Notes: generated by a model from the sequence alone, not told the origin. A DNA stretch of 64,000 bases from Felis catus (GCF_018350175.1 NC_058368.1:224876001-224940000), one strand, 5' to 3'. Shown: positions 26,980-40,279, counted from the stretch's first letter. Made by a program: numbers and translations.

Positions 26980-27420
26980 GTTGTATTGTTCTCTCTTTCA
27001 TTTCTCCTTTTGCTTTGCGAGACTTCCCTCTTTTTTTTCTTAGTTATTGTAGTGAAAGCATCGCCACTTTTGTTTATTTTGGGGAGAAAACTGGTCATTA
27101 TTTTCAATGTTACTATTTATTCCAGCTTCTATTTTATTTATTTCTGATTTTTCTTTGTTGTCTCCATCTACTAAATCTCAACTAAGTTGCTTTTTCTAGT
27201 TCCTTGTGATGTAATGCTAAGTTGTTTATTTGAACTTTTTTTTCTTAATACAAGCATTTACAGCATAGACTTCACTCTAAATTTACTTTTGCTGTACCCC
27301 ATAGGTTTTAGAATATTGTCTTTTCTTTTTCTTTGGTTTTGACACATATTTTGATTTGCTGTTTGATTTCTCATTTGGCCCATTGCTTGTGCAGCAGTGC
27401 ATTGTTTAATATTTACATAT
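26980..27420 (-). mobile_element. Old L1 ORF2 fragment
   Basis: tttttctagttccttg...ttgtttatttga...tactttgctgtaccccataggtttt-type motifs. Confidence 0.6.
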
Positions 27421-27918
27421 TAAATATTTACATTGTAAAAAAAGAATCAGATATGTATTTATATTGTATATTAATAACATATAATATATACTTATGTAAT
27501 ATATTAATTATATGTTTATATTAATTATGTAAGTAATTAATTGTATTATTCATGTTATATATAATTTTAAAAGCCACAAAGATAATTGGAGAGAAAACTA
27601 CAGCAACAAAATGTTGGAGGTTGAAAAGGACAAGGACTAGGGTCACATGACTTAACAACTAAAAGAAATTAAATCTGAGCTGGCAGTGTAAGAAGTCAAT
27701 GAAAAAAAACCCTGATTTATAGTGCGAAGTTCCAAAATGACTAAGAAATTCGAGGCATGAGGAGTTTACATAAAAGGAAAAAGCAGAGACTAACACTCTA
27801 TGGGTGGCTTAAAAATATTTTTTAAGGAACAACTAGGTTCTTAAGTGTTGCTTTTTCTATAGAGGCAAAAGGTCGATCAATAGCAAAATATAAAATTTAA
27901 GTAAAAATAATTCCTTCT

Positions 27919-28137
27919 GGGGCACCTGGGTGGCTGTCGGTTGAGCGTCCGACTTTGGCTCAGGTCATGATCTCATTGTCCGTGAGTTCAAGCCCCATGT
28001 CAGGCTCTGTACTGAATGCTCAGAGCCTTGGAGCCTGCTTTGGATTCTGTATCTCTCTCTCTCTCTGCCCCTCCCCCACTCATGCCCTTTCTCTCTCTGT
28101 CTCTCAAAAATAAATAAACATTTAAAAAAGTTTTTTT
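27919..28137 (+). mobile_element. Can-SINE with TSD
   Basis: aaataattccttct is duplicated on both flanks. Confidence 0.95.
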
Positions 28138-28460
28138 AAATAATTCCTTCTGAAGAGTGAAAAATGTGGGTGAACTTAGTAAACCTTGTAAATCTAAATG
28201 CTATCTATAAAACTGGTAAAAACAAAAGTTTTAAATGTAAAAGATAAAAATAGCTATACTGAGGCCCTCATCTAGGGTCAAGAATAGGTACTAAGACTTC
28301 ACTGCTGGTAGGTGTTGGGTGCATTTTGCCTTCCTCAGAGGTAGAAAGGGAATCATGGTTGAGGTGGCACCAGATTCCATAGAGGGGCTTTGGTCAATCA
28401 AGAGACTAGGTACACAGGTGAGATTGTGTCTTCCCTAACTGGGCTCAAGAGTAATAGTGA

Positions 28461-28671
28461 GGGGCGCCTGGGTGGCACAGTTGGTTAAGCATCCGACTTC
28501 AGCCAGGTCACGATCTCGCGGTCCGTGAGTTCGAGCCCCGCGTCAGGCTCTGGGCTGATGGCTCAGAGCCTGGAGCCTGTTTCCGATTCTGTGTCTCCCT
28601 CTCTCTCTGCCCCTCCCCCGTTCATGCTCTGTCTCTCTCTGTCCCAAAAATAAATAAACGTTGGAAAAAAA
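28461..28671 (+). mobile_element. Young felid SINE (SINEC_Fc-like) with TSD
   Basis: Diagnostic cagccaggtcacgatctcgcggtccgtgagttcg with CpGs intact; TSD aagagtaatagtga. Confidence 0.97.
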
Positions 28672-28699
28672 AAGAGTAATAGTGAGTGTCTTGCCTTCA

Positions 28700-31680
28700 G
28701 TTTTCACCATCACAGGTCAAGTGGCGGTCCCAGGAACCCTTCTCTATTTATTCCTGACAACCCTCAGCTTCACCACTATAACCTGCCTTGAATCTGCTTG
28801 GATGCATCTTCGTAACTGGACATTTCTCTTTGTGACATTTGCTCCAAGCTCCCAAGCTTCCGAACCACTTTTCCTCTCCTGGATTCTGAGATTCCACAAA
28901 ATTCTAGACATCGCCTGTACATAGGACTTCTCTTGTCTCTCCCCAACTCCTAAAGCCTTTCAACTATGACCTCTGGAATTAGTGATCCACTGTCAACAGA
29001 ATAGTGTATCTTTAATCTCTTCTCTAAATGTTCTCTTCACTTTACACAAATCCTGGATCTTTGTTCTAAAGACACTGGTTCCTCTGTTGCCCTCTCAAGT
29101 AGCGACCATTTTCTTTCTCCCAAGGCTCATCACCAGTCTCAGATCATTCTCCCTCCCTCCTCCCTGGAATCTCTCAGCTTGGATGCTGACATCTGATCTT
29201 ACCATCCACTGTTCTCATTGTTATTGCTTTCTATTGACTCCCATTACCCCTTCTCATTCCCCAATGTTATTGGCTCCTGGAGCCAATGACAAGGCTGTCA
29301 TTCCTTCCAATAGGAAATCTGTATATGTGAATGTACATTGTCCTTCCAACAGTTTCTCTTCATTTCTTGAGTTTTTCTTGTCTGATGATGCAATGCTTTT
29401 ATCTGGCACCCTACCTCAGCAACTCACTTCTAAGATTTTAGTCTAGATTTCGTCGCTATGAAAAGTTGCAATCCCTCTGTAGGCTCACTACCCTCTATTC
29501 CCTTTTCCCTTTCTCACCATGATCTCACTTGGTAAAAACAGACACCTGGATAGACACAACTTGACACCTATTTCCTGCCAGAACCCGTGCAGCTGTGTGC
29601 CCGAAAACAAAAACAAATAAAGAAAAACATAACTGCATTAAGTGGTTTCCTTTTAAACCCATGAGCGCAAAACTCTGTGAGTGCTTAATGCTATAATCAC
29701 ACCGTACACCTCTCATCGCTGCACTCTCCCCCTCTCCTCGAAGAGCGGATATTTTTCTCCTTTCTCTTTAAGCCCGTGTCCTCCCCCTCCCTCTCACTTT
29801 CAGTTGATAGTTGTATTAGTCAGCTCCGACTGCCATAACAACATTCCATAGCCTGGATGGCTTAAACAGCAGACATTTATTTCCCACGGTTGTGGCGGCT
29901 GGGAAATGTAAGATTCAGATGACAGCAAAGTAGATTTTATTGTGAGTTCTCTTCTCTTGGCTTGTTAGGAAGCCACCATGTCACTGTGTTTTCACATGAC
30001 CTCTTCTTGACTGTGTGGAGAGAAGCCACTGATCCTACCATACTAGGACCAGCCCTTATGACCTTATTAACTTTAATTACCTCCTAAATGCCCTATCTCC
30101 AAATACCATCCCATTGGGGGGTAGGTAGGGCTTCAACACATGAATTTCAGGGACACAAACGTTCAATCAATAAATAGAACTCTGATTCCAACTTCAATAA
30201 GGAAACAGAAACATTCACATATTTCCACCACCTCTTCTGCCCACTGACCAGCATCTGTCCCTCTCAATCCGCCTTCTAATCTGTTACCGCAGAAGAACTA
30301 TCCACATTCCTATCTAATGCCAATTTCTACCCTCACGCACTGCACCCATATTTTCTTGTATATTCAAGGGTATGGTATCGGATCAGCAAGTCTCTGTTCT
30401 CAATCTTATCTAATCCAATGTTTTCCCACTCTACGGGTTCATTCCCATCAGCATGCAAACAACCTGCATGTTTTCTCCTTTGAAGAAAAACTTATCCTGA
30501 CCAAGAACCCCTTACAATTCTTTTGTCTTCTGCAGCAAACGTATCCATAATGACCTACATTTACTGTCTCCAATTCCTCTCTTCCTTTTCTCTTGTTAAC
30601 TCCAACCAGGTTTTCATCTACCTCATGTCACTGAAATTGCTCTCATAGAAGTTCCCAAGACCCTCCACGTGTCTATACCTGGATCTTTGGATCTCTTTCC
30701 TGAACTCCTGAAACATATATTTAGCTGTTGATTCGGCATCACTTGTGTTCCTATAGGTAGCTCATACTGAACATGTACTAAATTGTACACTAACTGCTCC
30801 TGATCCTACTTAATGGCAATTCTTCCATTCTCTCAAGCCAAAACCATTTGGGGCCATCTTGACTCCCCTTCTCCTACATCTGACATTCAATCCGAAAGGA
30901 GATTCTGTTCACTCAACCTTGCAAACATATCCAGAATTCCCAGCGCATCCACTGCTCCCAGTCTACACTTTGCCATTATTCTTTCTTATCTGGATCGCTG
31001 CCAGAGATTTCTAACAAGTCTCCCTGCGGTTACCTGGCCAACCATTCACATTCTCGTTTCAATCTATTCAGAAGTCACAGGGATTCCGATACAACCTAAG
31101 TCAGGTTATGTCCTTGCTCTAGTCAAAACCCAGCGATGATTCCCAATGTCCTGGAACATAAAAACACCGTACTGACAATCATATACAAGAGATTGTGTGC
31201 CTGTTAGCTTTCTGACCTCATCTCTCCACTGATCCCTTACTGGCCGCTCCATCAAAGACAACCGGCATGCTTTACCTGTACCACTGCCTGGACGAATCTT
31301 CCCTAATATTTGCTTCCCTGACCTCATCAGCTACTTTACACCCTTCCTCGATATCACCTGCAAAGAAGTCCCTGCCTGCCCATGTTACCTAATCTCCCAT
31401 CCTGAAACCCCCTCTCCATAACACCCACAATCCTTTATCCTGCTCTATTTCTTCTTTATCCATTGACATTCATCTCTTCTTAAGATACCACATAATGAAC
31501 TTATGTGCCCCCATCCTTTACTTATTTGATAACCTTGCCATTTACTGTCTCCTCCTTCTCCTGGTGTGTATGTTCTACAAAGCAGACATTCTGCTCTTGT
31601 TCAACAATATCTTCAAATGCCTAGAGCAGTGGCTGGCACATAGTGAACCCTCAAAACATAATTTCTGAAAGCATAAATTA
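28700..31680 (+). mobile_element. Long degraded L2 LINE (~3 kb) interrupted by an LTR
   Basis: C/T-rich L2 body ending in the typical 3' motif gcctagagcagtggctggcacatagtgaaccctcaa. Confidence 0.7.
29812..30168 (-). mobile_element. MaLR LTR (MLT1A/MST-like) inside the L2
   Basis: tgtattagtcagctc...ctgccataacaa...ggcttaaacagcagacatttatt...gggcttcaacacatgaattt. Confidence 0.85.
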
Positions 31681-32318
31681 ATATCGCGATGTGGTAAGCT
31701 CATAAAATTTTAAAACACTCACATGGATAATTGAATAAACTGAACTGGGGATTTCAACGAATTAGAGGTTTGGGAATATGTGAGTTGAATATAGGAGGCA
31801 CGGGATAGAAGTGTGCCCCATTTACAGAGCAAGTAGGAAATAAAATGGGCTCAGCAAGGCAGGTGGGAACATGGATAAAATCCACAACTCCAAAGCCTCA
31901 CATAATGTTCAAATATCTGGTTGCCACGTAGCCCCCACCAACCGAGCCACCAAGGCAAAATAATCAAGCTAAGACTCTAAAATTCTCTGGAAATGGCTCC
32001 ATTGATTCTCTGGTGGTTAATCATTTTTAACGTCTAATTTTTTTAAATTAAGCATTAAGTGACAGGTTTAGTTGAACGCTTCGTAGCTACAATTTTGTGT
32101 TAAAGAACAATCACCACAAATTTAATGTTTTAGGTTTATGTAACTTTTAAAAGAATTTTGCCTGTTGCAGTAACAAATTAATTTTTAATTTCAATTTAAA
32201 GCAGCTAAATGAATAATTGTTTTAGACTGATAATTTTAACTCTAAATCCCACTAGGCTTAAAAAAATAGATCTTAAGAAAACATAGAATCATCCAAGGCA
32301 TAAGATTTCCCAGAGTTA

Positions 32319-32540
32319 CTTTTGAAAAAAATTTTTTTCAACGTTTATTTATTTTTGGGACAGAGAGAGACAGAGCATGAACGGGGGAGGGGCAGAGAGA
32401 GAGGGAGACACAGAATCGGAAACAGGCTCCAGGCTCTGAGCCATCAGCCCAGAGCCTGACGCGGGGCTCGAACTCACGGACCGCGAGATCGTGACCTGGC
32501 TGAAGTCGGACGCTTAACCGACTGCGCCACCCAGGCGCCC
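32319..32540 (-). mobile_element. Very young felid SINE (SINEC_Fc-like) with TSD
   Basis: CpG-rich, consensus-like body; ttcccagagtt on both flanks. Confidence 0.97.
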
Positions 32541-32929
32541 TTCCCAGAGTTTCTTTTGTACATGGGGATTTTATTTTTATTTTGGGTAAGGAAATTGATG
32601 CTCTTAAAATGAGAAGCAAATCCATTAAAATTATAGATTGTTTTTACAAATTAAAATATATTGAATTATTTTGTAAATTTGCCTTTAATGTGGTCATTAA
32701 AATGAATTGGGTTTATCAGGAGAAAAACGAGATATGTAGTTCAACTTAAAAAACTCAATGATGAATTGAAGCTTTAGAGCTTCTCATTTGACATTTAAGA
32801 AATGATTATTAATTTTTAAGATAAAGTGTCTCTGAACCAATCTTTTCTGTGCACAAAAACATCCACAGTTTATGAAAAATGTCACCATGACACAAACGAG
32901 TTAATAAAAAAGTTGTTGTTATTTTGAAG

Positions 32930-33363
32930 ATTTTTTTAAGTTTGTTTATTTATTTATTTTGAGAGAGTGTGTGTGTGTAGACAAGCAGGTGAGAGATAGG
33001 GAGGGAGAGAGAGAATCCCAAGCAGACTTCACATTGTCAGGGCAGAGCCTGATGCAGGGCTTGATCTCAGGAACCTTGAGATCATGAACCGAACCAAAAT
33101 CAAGAGTCATAGGGGTGCCTGGGTGGCTCAGTCGGTTAAGCAATTGACTTCAGCTCAGGTCATGATCTCGAGGTCTGTGAGTTCCAGCCCGGAGTGGGGC
33201 TCTGTGCTGACAGCTCAGAACCTGGAGCCTGCTTCAGATTCTGTGCTTCCCTCTCTCTCTGACCCTCCCCTGTTCATGCTCTGTCTCTCTATGTCTCAAA
33301 AATAAATAAATATTAATTTTTTTAAGAGTCAGAGGCTTAACCAACTAAGGCACCCAGGCACCT
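32930..33363 (-). mobile_element. Older Can-SINE split by a nested SINE
   Basis: Reverse body runs to 33109 and resumes at 33324 (aagagtcagaggcttaacc...cacccaggcacc). Confidence 0.85.
33112..33323 (+). mobile_element. Can-SINE nested in an opposite-strand SINE
   Basis: Full SINE with TSD aagagtca at 33102-33109 and 33324-33331. Confidence 0.92.
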
Positions 33364-33621
33364 AGAGTGATGTTATTTTGAAGAAGCAAGGAAGGGAAAG
33401 AGTGAAAATGAGGGGCTGATATTGTGGGAAGAAAGTGAGTCCTACAGGTGAAGAACTGGAACCAACATTACTTGTCCCACATGTACTCAGCCCAACAACA
33501 TGAGCTGCAATGGACAGGTATCCTGCACACTGTCAGCTGTCCGCCTCACGTACCTGCCACATCGCTCCATTTTGCTGGCCAGGAATTGTTTGCAAAGTCT
33601 TAAGAGCTCACCATGAAACTC

Positions 33622-33857
33622 GGGGTGCCTGGGTGACTCCGTCTGTTGAGCTTCTGACTTTGGCTTAGGTCACAATCTCATGGTTTGTGGGTTCAAGCCC
33701 TGTGTCAGGCTCTGTTCTGACAGCTCAAAGCCTGGAGCCTGCTTTTAGGATTCTGTGTGTGTGTGTGTGTGTGTGTGTGTACCCCTACCACACTCACACT
33801 CTGTCTCTCTCTCTCTCTCAAAAATAAAGAAACATTACAAAATAAAAATTAAAAATA
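33622..33857 (+). mobile_element. Can-SINE with internal (TG)n and TSD
   Basis: TSD ctcacca(t/c)gaaactc; lies inside a probable old ERVL LTR (~33450-34160). Confidence 0.92.
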
Positions 33858-34825
33858 AGACCTCACCACGAAACTCAAAATTTATAGACTATAATACCAC
33901 CAGGGGCTAACATCAACTAGTTAGAGGATGTAAATCAATAAATAAATGTCCCCCAACCTCCTGCCCATCCCTAGAATAAGTCCTAAGAGACTCCAGCATA
34001 CAGGGTGCTAACCAGCTTAACACAGCATTCTATACCAGCATTTCCTTCTATCATATCTTACTTACTTTCTCCTGCCTTCTCGGATCACATCCCAGGTAAA
34101 TAATTTCACCTAAGTCCTGTCTCCAGCTGGACTTCTAAGGAAAGGCAAAGCAAGGACAATATACCAACAGACTCTCAAAAAGACTTCCAACTTCCACCCA
34201 AGCTGAGGTAAGAGTGACTGGATTTACACACCTACTAAACATAACCAAAAACTGGACAAGAAGCAAGGACTTTCAGGATCTTGAACATCAAACAACAAGA
34301 GACAGTGACCACAAACAGATTAGAAATAAACAAAATGAATTATTCAATCACCCTAGTAGACTGCCTGAAGACATTGCCCACAACAAGGGAAGGCAACCCA
34401 GGTGGAGCCTGGTGATGTCCCTGAATTGAAAAGGTAAAGCTGGATTGTGTGTGTGTGTGCGTGTGTGTGTGTGTGCACGTGTTGAGGGAAGCATGGCAGG
34501 TAGAGTTTGCGGGGATGAATATCATAAAGGGAGCTGCAAAAAGAATCAGAGAAGCCTGCAGAGCATCCCTCTTGAGAATTCGGCTGAGTACTGAGCAGCA
34601 GTCTTGGAAAACTAGTCAAGAAGCAGAAAAGAATTACTTAAAAAATAGAAATAAGTGATTCTCAGAGCTCACGAAAAGCTGGGAGTACCTACTATTCCCC
34701 ATAACCAATGTGGAAGATTTCATACTGCACAAGATGTTGGATAGAGCACACATTAGTGAGGACAATTAGCAGCCTAAATGCTGCTCTAATCTAGCCAGCC
34801 TAACAAAGCAGAAAAACGAAATCTG

Positions 34826-35035
34826 AGGGGCTCAGTTGGTTGAGTATCTGACTCTTGATTTCGGCTCAAGTCATGATCCCAGGATCATGGGATCAAGCGC
34901 CGTGTCAGGCTCTGTGCTGAGCGTGGAGCCTGCTTAAGATTCTCTCTCTCTTTCTCTCTCTCTCTTTCTTTCTGTCCCTCCCCAGCTTATGTGGTCTCTC
35001 TCTCTCTCTAAAAAAGAAAAATAAATTTAAAAACA
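34826..35035 (+). mobile_element. Can-SINE
   Basis: gctcagttggttgagtatctgactcttgatttcggctcaagtcatgatccc, (CT)n, A tail. Confidence 0.88.
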
Positions 35036-35629
35036 AAAATGAAATGATCAACTATTTCCAAGTAACTTAAAGAATTCTGGAAGCAAAGCTTGGGAATATT
35101 GATAGGACTACAAAATATATCTGGTGCTCAACAAAGAAAAGTGAAGTGACATCCAACCACAGATGACCATGCACACAAGGGCAGAAAGATAAGAGCCAAC
35201 ATGAGGAAGAAAATAAACTAATAGAAATAGGCACAAAAATGACACTGTTGATAGAGTTAGTAGATAAAAAAACATTAAAAGAGCTCTTAGAATTGTGTTC
35301 AGTAAGTTTCAAAAAAGGCAGAAAAGATGGGGCATATTAAATAGAGACATGGAAAATATGAAAAAAAGAACCAGATAGAATTTCTAAAGTGAAAGGCAGA
35401 GCATCTGAAATATATGTACACACACACACACACACAGGCGCATACTCAATGGAGTTTAAATGAATTAGACATTGCCCAAGAAAAGATTAGTGTGCTTCAA
35501 GATATAGCAGTTGACACTGTCCAAAATGAAACAGAAACACTGAAAGCAGAGATAAATAGACACTAGAAAGCTGGGGCCTGAGAGATGTGTACCTTAACTT
35601 CTCAGAAGAGAGGAGCAAAGAGAAAGGCA

Positions 35630-36456
35630 TACAGATATAAATTAGCACAAAGAAGGATGCCAATATCAGTGAACATTAGGGAAATGCAAAGTAAAACCCC
35701 ACTAAGGTACGGCTACACGCCTAGGGGAATGGCTAAAATTACAATGACTGGCTCTTTACCAAGTCCCAGCAAGGTTACGGAGCAAGTGGAATTCTCAGAT
35801 GCTGCTGTTGGGAATATAAAATGGCACAACCACTTTGGAAAACCGTGGTTACTTCTTATGAAGTTAAACATAGCTACATGACCTGGTCATACCACTTTTA
35901 GATCTTTACCCAGGAGGCATGAAAGCATAGATGCCTGTAAAAAGTCATACATAAGTGTTTATAGCACTGTTCATCATCCCCTGACACTGAAACAACCCAA
36001 TGAATGGTCATCCTCAGATGAGTGTATTAACAGAGTGTGGTATAATCCACATGATGGAATCCTATTCGGTAATAGCAAGGAATGGATTATTGATACATAC
36101 AACATGGATCAATCTCAAAACAAATATGTTGAGTGAAAGAATTCCCCCAACCACCATCACACATAAAAAAGGTACATAATATGATTCCGTACATATAAAG
36201 TTAGAAATTGAAATTAATATATAGAGACATAAAAATATCAGTGTTTGCCTATAGATGAAGGGGTAGGGGAACAGGTAGAGGTGGGAAAAAGTATCATGGG
36301 ACATGAGGATATTTTTGTGTGATAGATGCATTCACTATCTTAATTGTGGTAATGATTTAACGTGGATATACACACGACAAAACCTTATCAACTTGTCCAC
36401 TGTAATAAACTATGAGTAGTTTATTATATGTCTATTATGTTTTAAAAGGCTGTTTA
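35630..36456 (+). mobile_element. Old L1M 3' region (L1MD/ME-like); more degraded L1 5' sequence probably upstream (~34200-35600)
   Basis: attagggaaatgcaaagtaaaacc...ggcacaaccactttggaaaa...catacaacatggatcaatctcaaaa. Confidence 0.75.
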
Positions 36457-36489
36457 CAGTTAAACGGGAATAATAATAAGGAATAAAGT

Positions 36490-37343
36490 AAGGAATTAAT
36501 ATCCAGAATATGGAAAGAACTTCTACAATTCAACAACAAAGCAAACAACCTGATTTCAAAATGGGTAAAGGACCTGAATCACATTTCTCCAAAGAAGGCA
36601 TGCAAATGGCAATAAAGACATAAAAAAGATGTTGAACATCGATAATCATTAGGGAAATGCAAATCAAGCCATAAGATACCGCTTCACGTCCACTATTAAT
36701 AAAAAAAGAAAAAAGAAAAAAAAACGTTACAAGGATATGGAGAAATTGGAACCATGCATTGAAGGGGGGTATGTAAACTATTGCAGAATGGTGGTTCCTC
36801 AAAACATGAAACAGAATTACCATAAGGTCTAGCAATTACCCTTCTGGGTACATACTCAAAAGAATTGAAATTAGGGATATGAAGAGCAATCCACAATTGC
36901 TAAACTGTGGAAGCAACCCAAGTGTCCACTGATGACTGAATGAATAAACGTGGTACATACATATAATGGAATCTTATTCAGCCTTCAAAGGGAATGAGGT
37001 GCTGACATGCTACGACATGGATGAGCCTTGAAAACATTCTGCTAAATGAAATAAGCCATTTAATGAAGAAAAAACACCAGTGTTTGAGTCCAGTGAGTTT
37101 GACCTCTGTGAGTCGTCAAATTCACAGAGAGAAAGTAGACACCAGAGGCTGGAGGGAGCAGGGGAATGGAGAATTATTGTTGAATAAGTACAGAATTTCA
37201 GTTTTGCAAGATGAAGAAAGTTCTGGACGTGGAATTGGTGATGGTTGTCCAACAACGTGTATGTCCTTAATGTCCTCAATTATACACTTAAAAATGGTTG
37301 CAGTGGTGAATTTTATGTTATGTATATTTTACCACAATTTTTT
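36490..37343 (+). mobile_element. L1MA/MB-type 3' fragment
   Basis: aatatccagaata...ggaagcaacccaagtgtccactga...tttcagttttgcaagatgaagaaagttctgga...tgtatattttaccacaat. Confidence 0.85.
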
Positions 37344-37355
37344 AAAAGCTGTTTA

Positions 37356-40211
37356 GGGAGAGGAGTCAACATGGCAGAGAAGTAGGGAGACCCAAAGTTC
37401 CCTCATCCCTCAAACACAGCAATATTGAGGCCAGAAGACTTGGAATTCCAGGAGTCTGGGCTGTAAAGTGACAGAAACACCTCCTGGGGCCCACAGGGAC
37501 AACTTTGTCGCACCATAGGTGTATGATTACAAACTGGGAGAGATAAAATGGGCATTGTAGGCATGGAGGAGAGGGGAGTCCCTACCCTTCTAAGCTGTTC
37601 CAAAAATTAAAAATGGAAGGAAAGCTTCTGGATTCATTCTATGAAGCCAGCATCACCTCGATTCCCAAACCAGAGACTCCACGAAAAAGGAGAAGTACAG
37701 GCCAATATCCCTGATGAACATGGATGCAAAATTTCTCAACAAGATACTAGCATATCGGATTCAACAGTACGTCCAAAGAATAATTCACCACAATCAAGTG
37801 GGATTCATTCCTGGGCTGCAGGGCTGGTTTAATATTTGCAAATGTAATACATCATATTAATAGAAGAAAGGATAAGAACCATACGAACCTGTCAATAGAT
37901 GCAGAAAAAAGCATTTGACAAAATACACAATCCTTTCTTAATAAAAACCCTCAAGAAAGTAGGGATAGAAGGAACATAACATCATAAAAGCCATATATGA
38001 AAAGCCCACAGCTAATATCATCCTCAATAGGGAAAAACTGAGAGCTTTCCTCCTGAGATTAGGAATATGACAGGGGATTTCTACTGTCACCACTGTTGTT
38101 TAACATAGTGTTGGAAGTCCTAGCCTCGGCAATCAGAAAACAAAATGAAATAAAGGCATCTGCATTGGCAAAGAAGAAGTCAAACTTTCACTTTTCACAG
38201 ATGACATGATAATCTACATGGGAAACCCAAAAGACTCCACCAAAAAGCTCCTAGAACTGATACATGAATTCAGCAAAGTTGCAGGATACAAAATCAATGT
38301 ACAGAAATCGGTTGCATTTTTATACACCAATAATGAAGCAACAGCAAGAGAAATAAAGAAACTGATCCCATTCACAACTGCGCCAAGAATCATAAACTAC
38401 CTAGGAATAAACCTAACCAAAGATGTGAAAGATCTGTATGCTGAAAACTATAGAAAACTTATGAAGGAAATTGAAGAAGACACAAAGAAATGGAAAAACA
38501 TTCCATGCTCATGGACTGGAAGAACAAATATTGTAAAAATGTCAATACTACCCAAAGCAATCTACACATCCAATGCAATCCTAATCAAAATTGCACTAAC
38601 ATTCTTCTCAAAGCTGGAACAAACAACCCTAAAATTTATATGGAACCACAAAAGACCCTGAATAGCCAGAGTTATGTTGAAAAAGAAAACCAAAGATGTA
38701 GGCATCACAATCCCGGATTTTAGCCTCTACTACAAAGCTGTAATCATCAAGGCAGTATGGTACTAGCATAATAGACCAATGGAATAGAATAGAGAACCCG
38801 TAATTGGACCCACAAATGTATGGCCAACTAATCTTTGAAAAATCTTTCTCCAATGGAAAAAAGACAGTCTTTTTAGCAAATGGTGCTGGGAGAACTGGAC
38901 AGCAACATGCAGAAGAATGAAACTGGACCACTTTCTTATACAATGCACAAAAATAAAATCAAAGTGGATGAAAGACCTAAATGTGAGAGAGGAAACCATC
39001 AAAACCCTAGAGGAGAAAACAGGTAACAACCTCTTTGACCTCAGCTGCAGCAATTTCTTCCTCAACACATCTCCAAAGGCAAAAGAATTAAAAACAAAAA
39101 TGAATTATTGGGACCTCATCAAGATAAAAAGTTTCTGCCCTTCAAAGGAAACAATCAACAAAACTAAATAGCAACCAACAGAATAGGAGGAGATAGTTGC
39201 AAATGACATATCGGATAAAGGGTTAGTATCCAAAATCTATAAAGAACTTACCAAACTCAACACCCAAAAAACAAATAATCCAGTGAAGAAATGGGCATAA
39301 GACATGAATAGACACTTTTCCAAAGAAGACATCCAGATGGCCAACAGACCCGTGAAAATATGCTCAACATCACTCATCACCAGGGAAATACAAATTAAAA
39401 CCACACTGAGATACAATCTCACACTGGTCAGAGTGGCTAAAATGAACAACTCAGGAAACTACAGATGCCGGCGAGGATGTGGAGAAAAGGGAACCGTCTT
39501 GCACTACTGATGGAATGCAAACTGGTGCAGCCACTCTGGAAAACAGTGTGGAGGCTCCTCAAAAAAAAATAAATAAATAAATAAAAAATAAAACTACCCT
39601 ATGACCCAGCAATAGCACTGCTAGGAATTTATCCAAAAGATACAGGAGTGCTGAGTCATAGGGACACATGTACCCCAATGTTTATAGCAGCACCTTCAAC
39701 AATAGCCAAATGATGGAAAGAGCTCAAATGTCCATCAACTGATGAATGGATAAAGAAGATATGGTTTATATACACAACGGAATACTACTTGGCAATGAGA
39801 AAGAATGAAATTGTCCCATTTGCAACAACGTGGATGGAACTGGAAGGTATTACACTGAATGAAATAAGTCAATCAGAGAAAGACAGATATCCTGTTTTCA
39901 CTCATATGTGGAAACTGAGAAACTTAACAGAAGACCATGGGGGAAGGGAAGAGGAAAAAATAGTTTCAGAGAGGGAGGCAAACCATAAGAGACTCTTAAA
40001 TACAAAGAACAAACTGAGGGTTGATGGGGGCGGCGAAGAAGGGGGGAAATGGGTGATGGGCATTGAGGAGGGCGCTTGTTGGGATGAGCATTGGGTGGTG
40101 TATGTAAGCGATGAATCACGGGAATCTACCCCCAAAACCAAGAGCATCCTGTATACACTGTATGTCAGCGAACTTGACAATAAATTATATAAAAAATTTA
40201 AAAAAATAAAA
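37356..40211 (+). mobile_element. Carnivore-type L1 with a large internal deletion: 5'UTR start joined to the 3' two-thirds of ORF2 plus 3'UTR
   Basis: Starts gggagaggagtcaacatggcagagaagtag (L1 5' end-like); ORF2 RT sequence follows from ~37583; L1 3'UTR and A-rich tail. Confidence 0.9.
37585..39900 (+). pseudogene. Disrupted L1 ORF2p (reverse transcriptase and C-terminal region)
   Basis: Fragments LFTDDMIIY...[47 protein letters not shown]; multiple stops and frameshifts. Confidence 0.92.
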
Positions 40212-40279
40212 GATAGCACTTTGCCTTAAATAAATAAATAATAAATAACTAGAAAAATAAAAAAGCCTCCAAAATATAC

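Noticed and set aside
28982..29446. 154-aa ORF
   Set aside because: Lies in C/T-rich degraded L2 sequence, has a non-ATG start and low-complexity L/S/P composition.
38206..40229. Long ORFs (151 aa, 146 aa and others) as host genes
   Set aside because: They are fragments of L1 ORF2 and 3'UTR, broken by stops and frameshifts.
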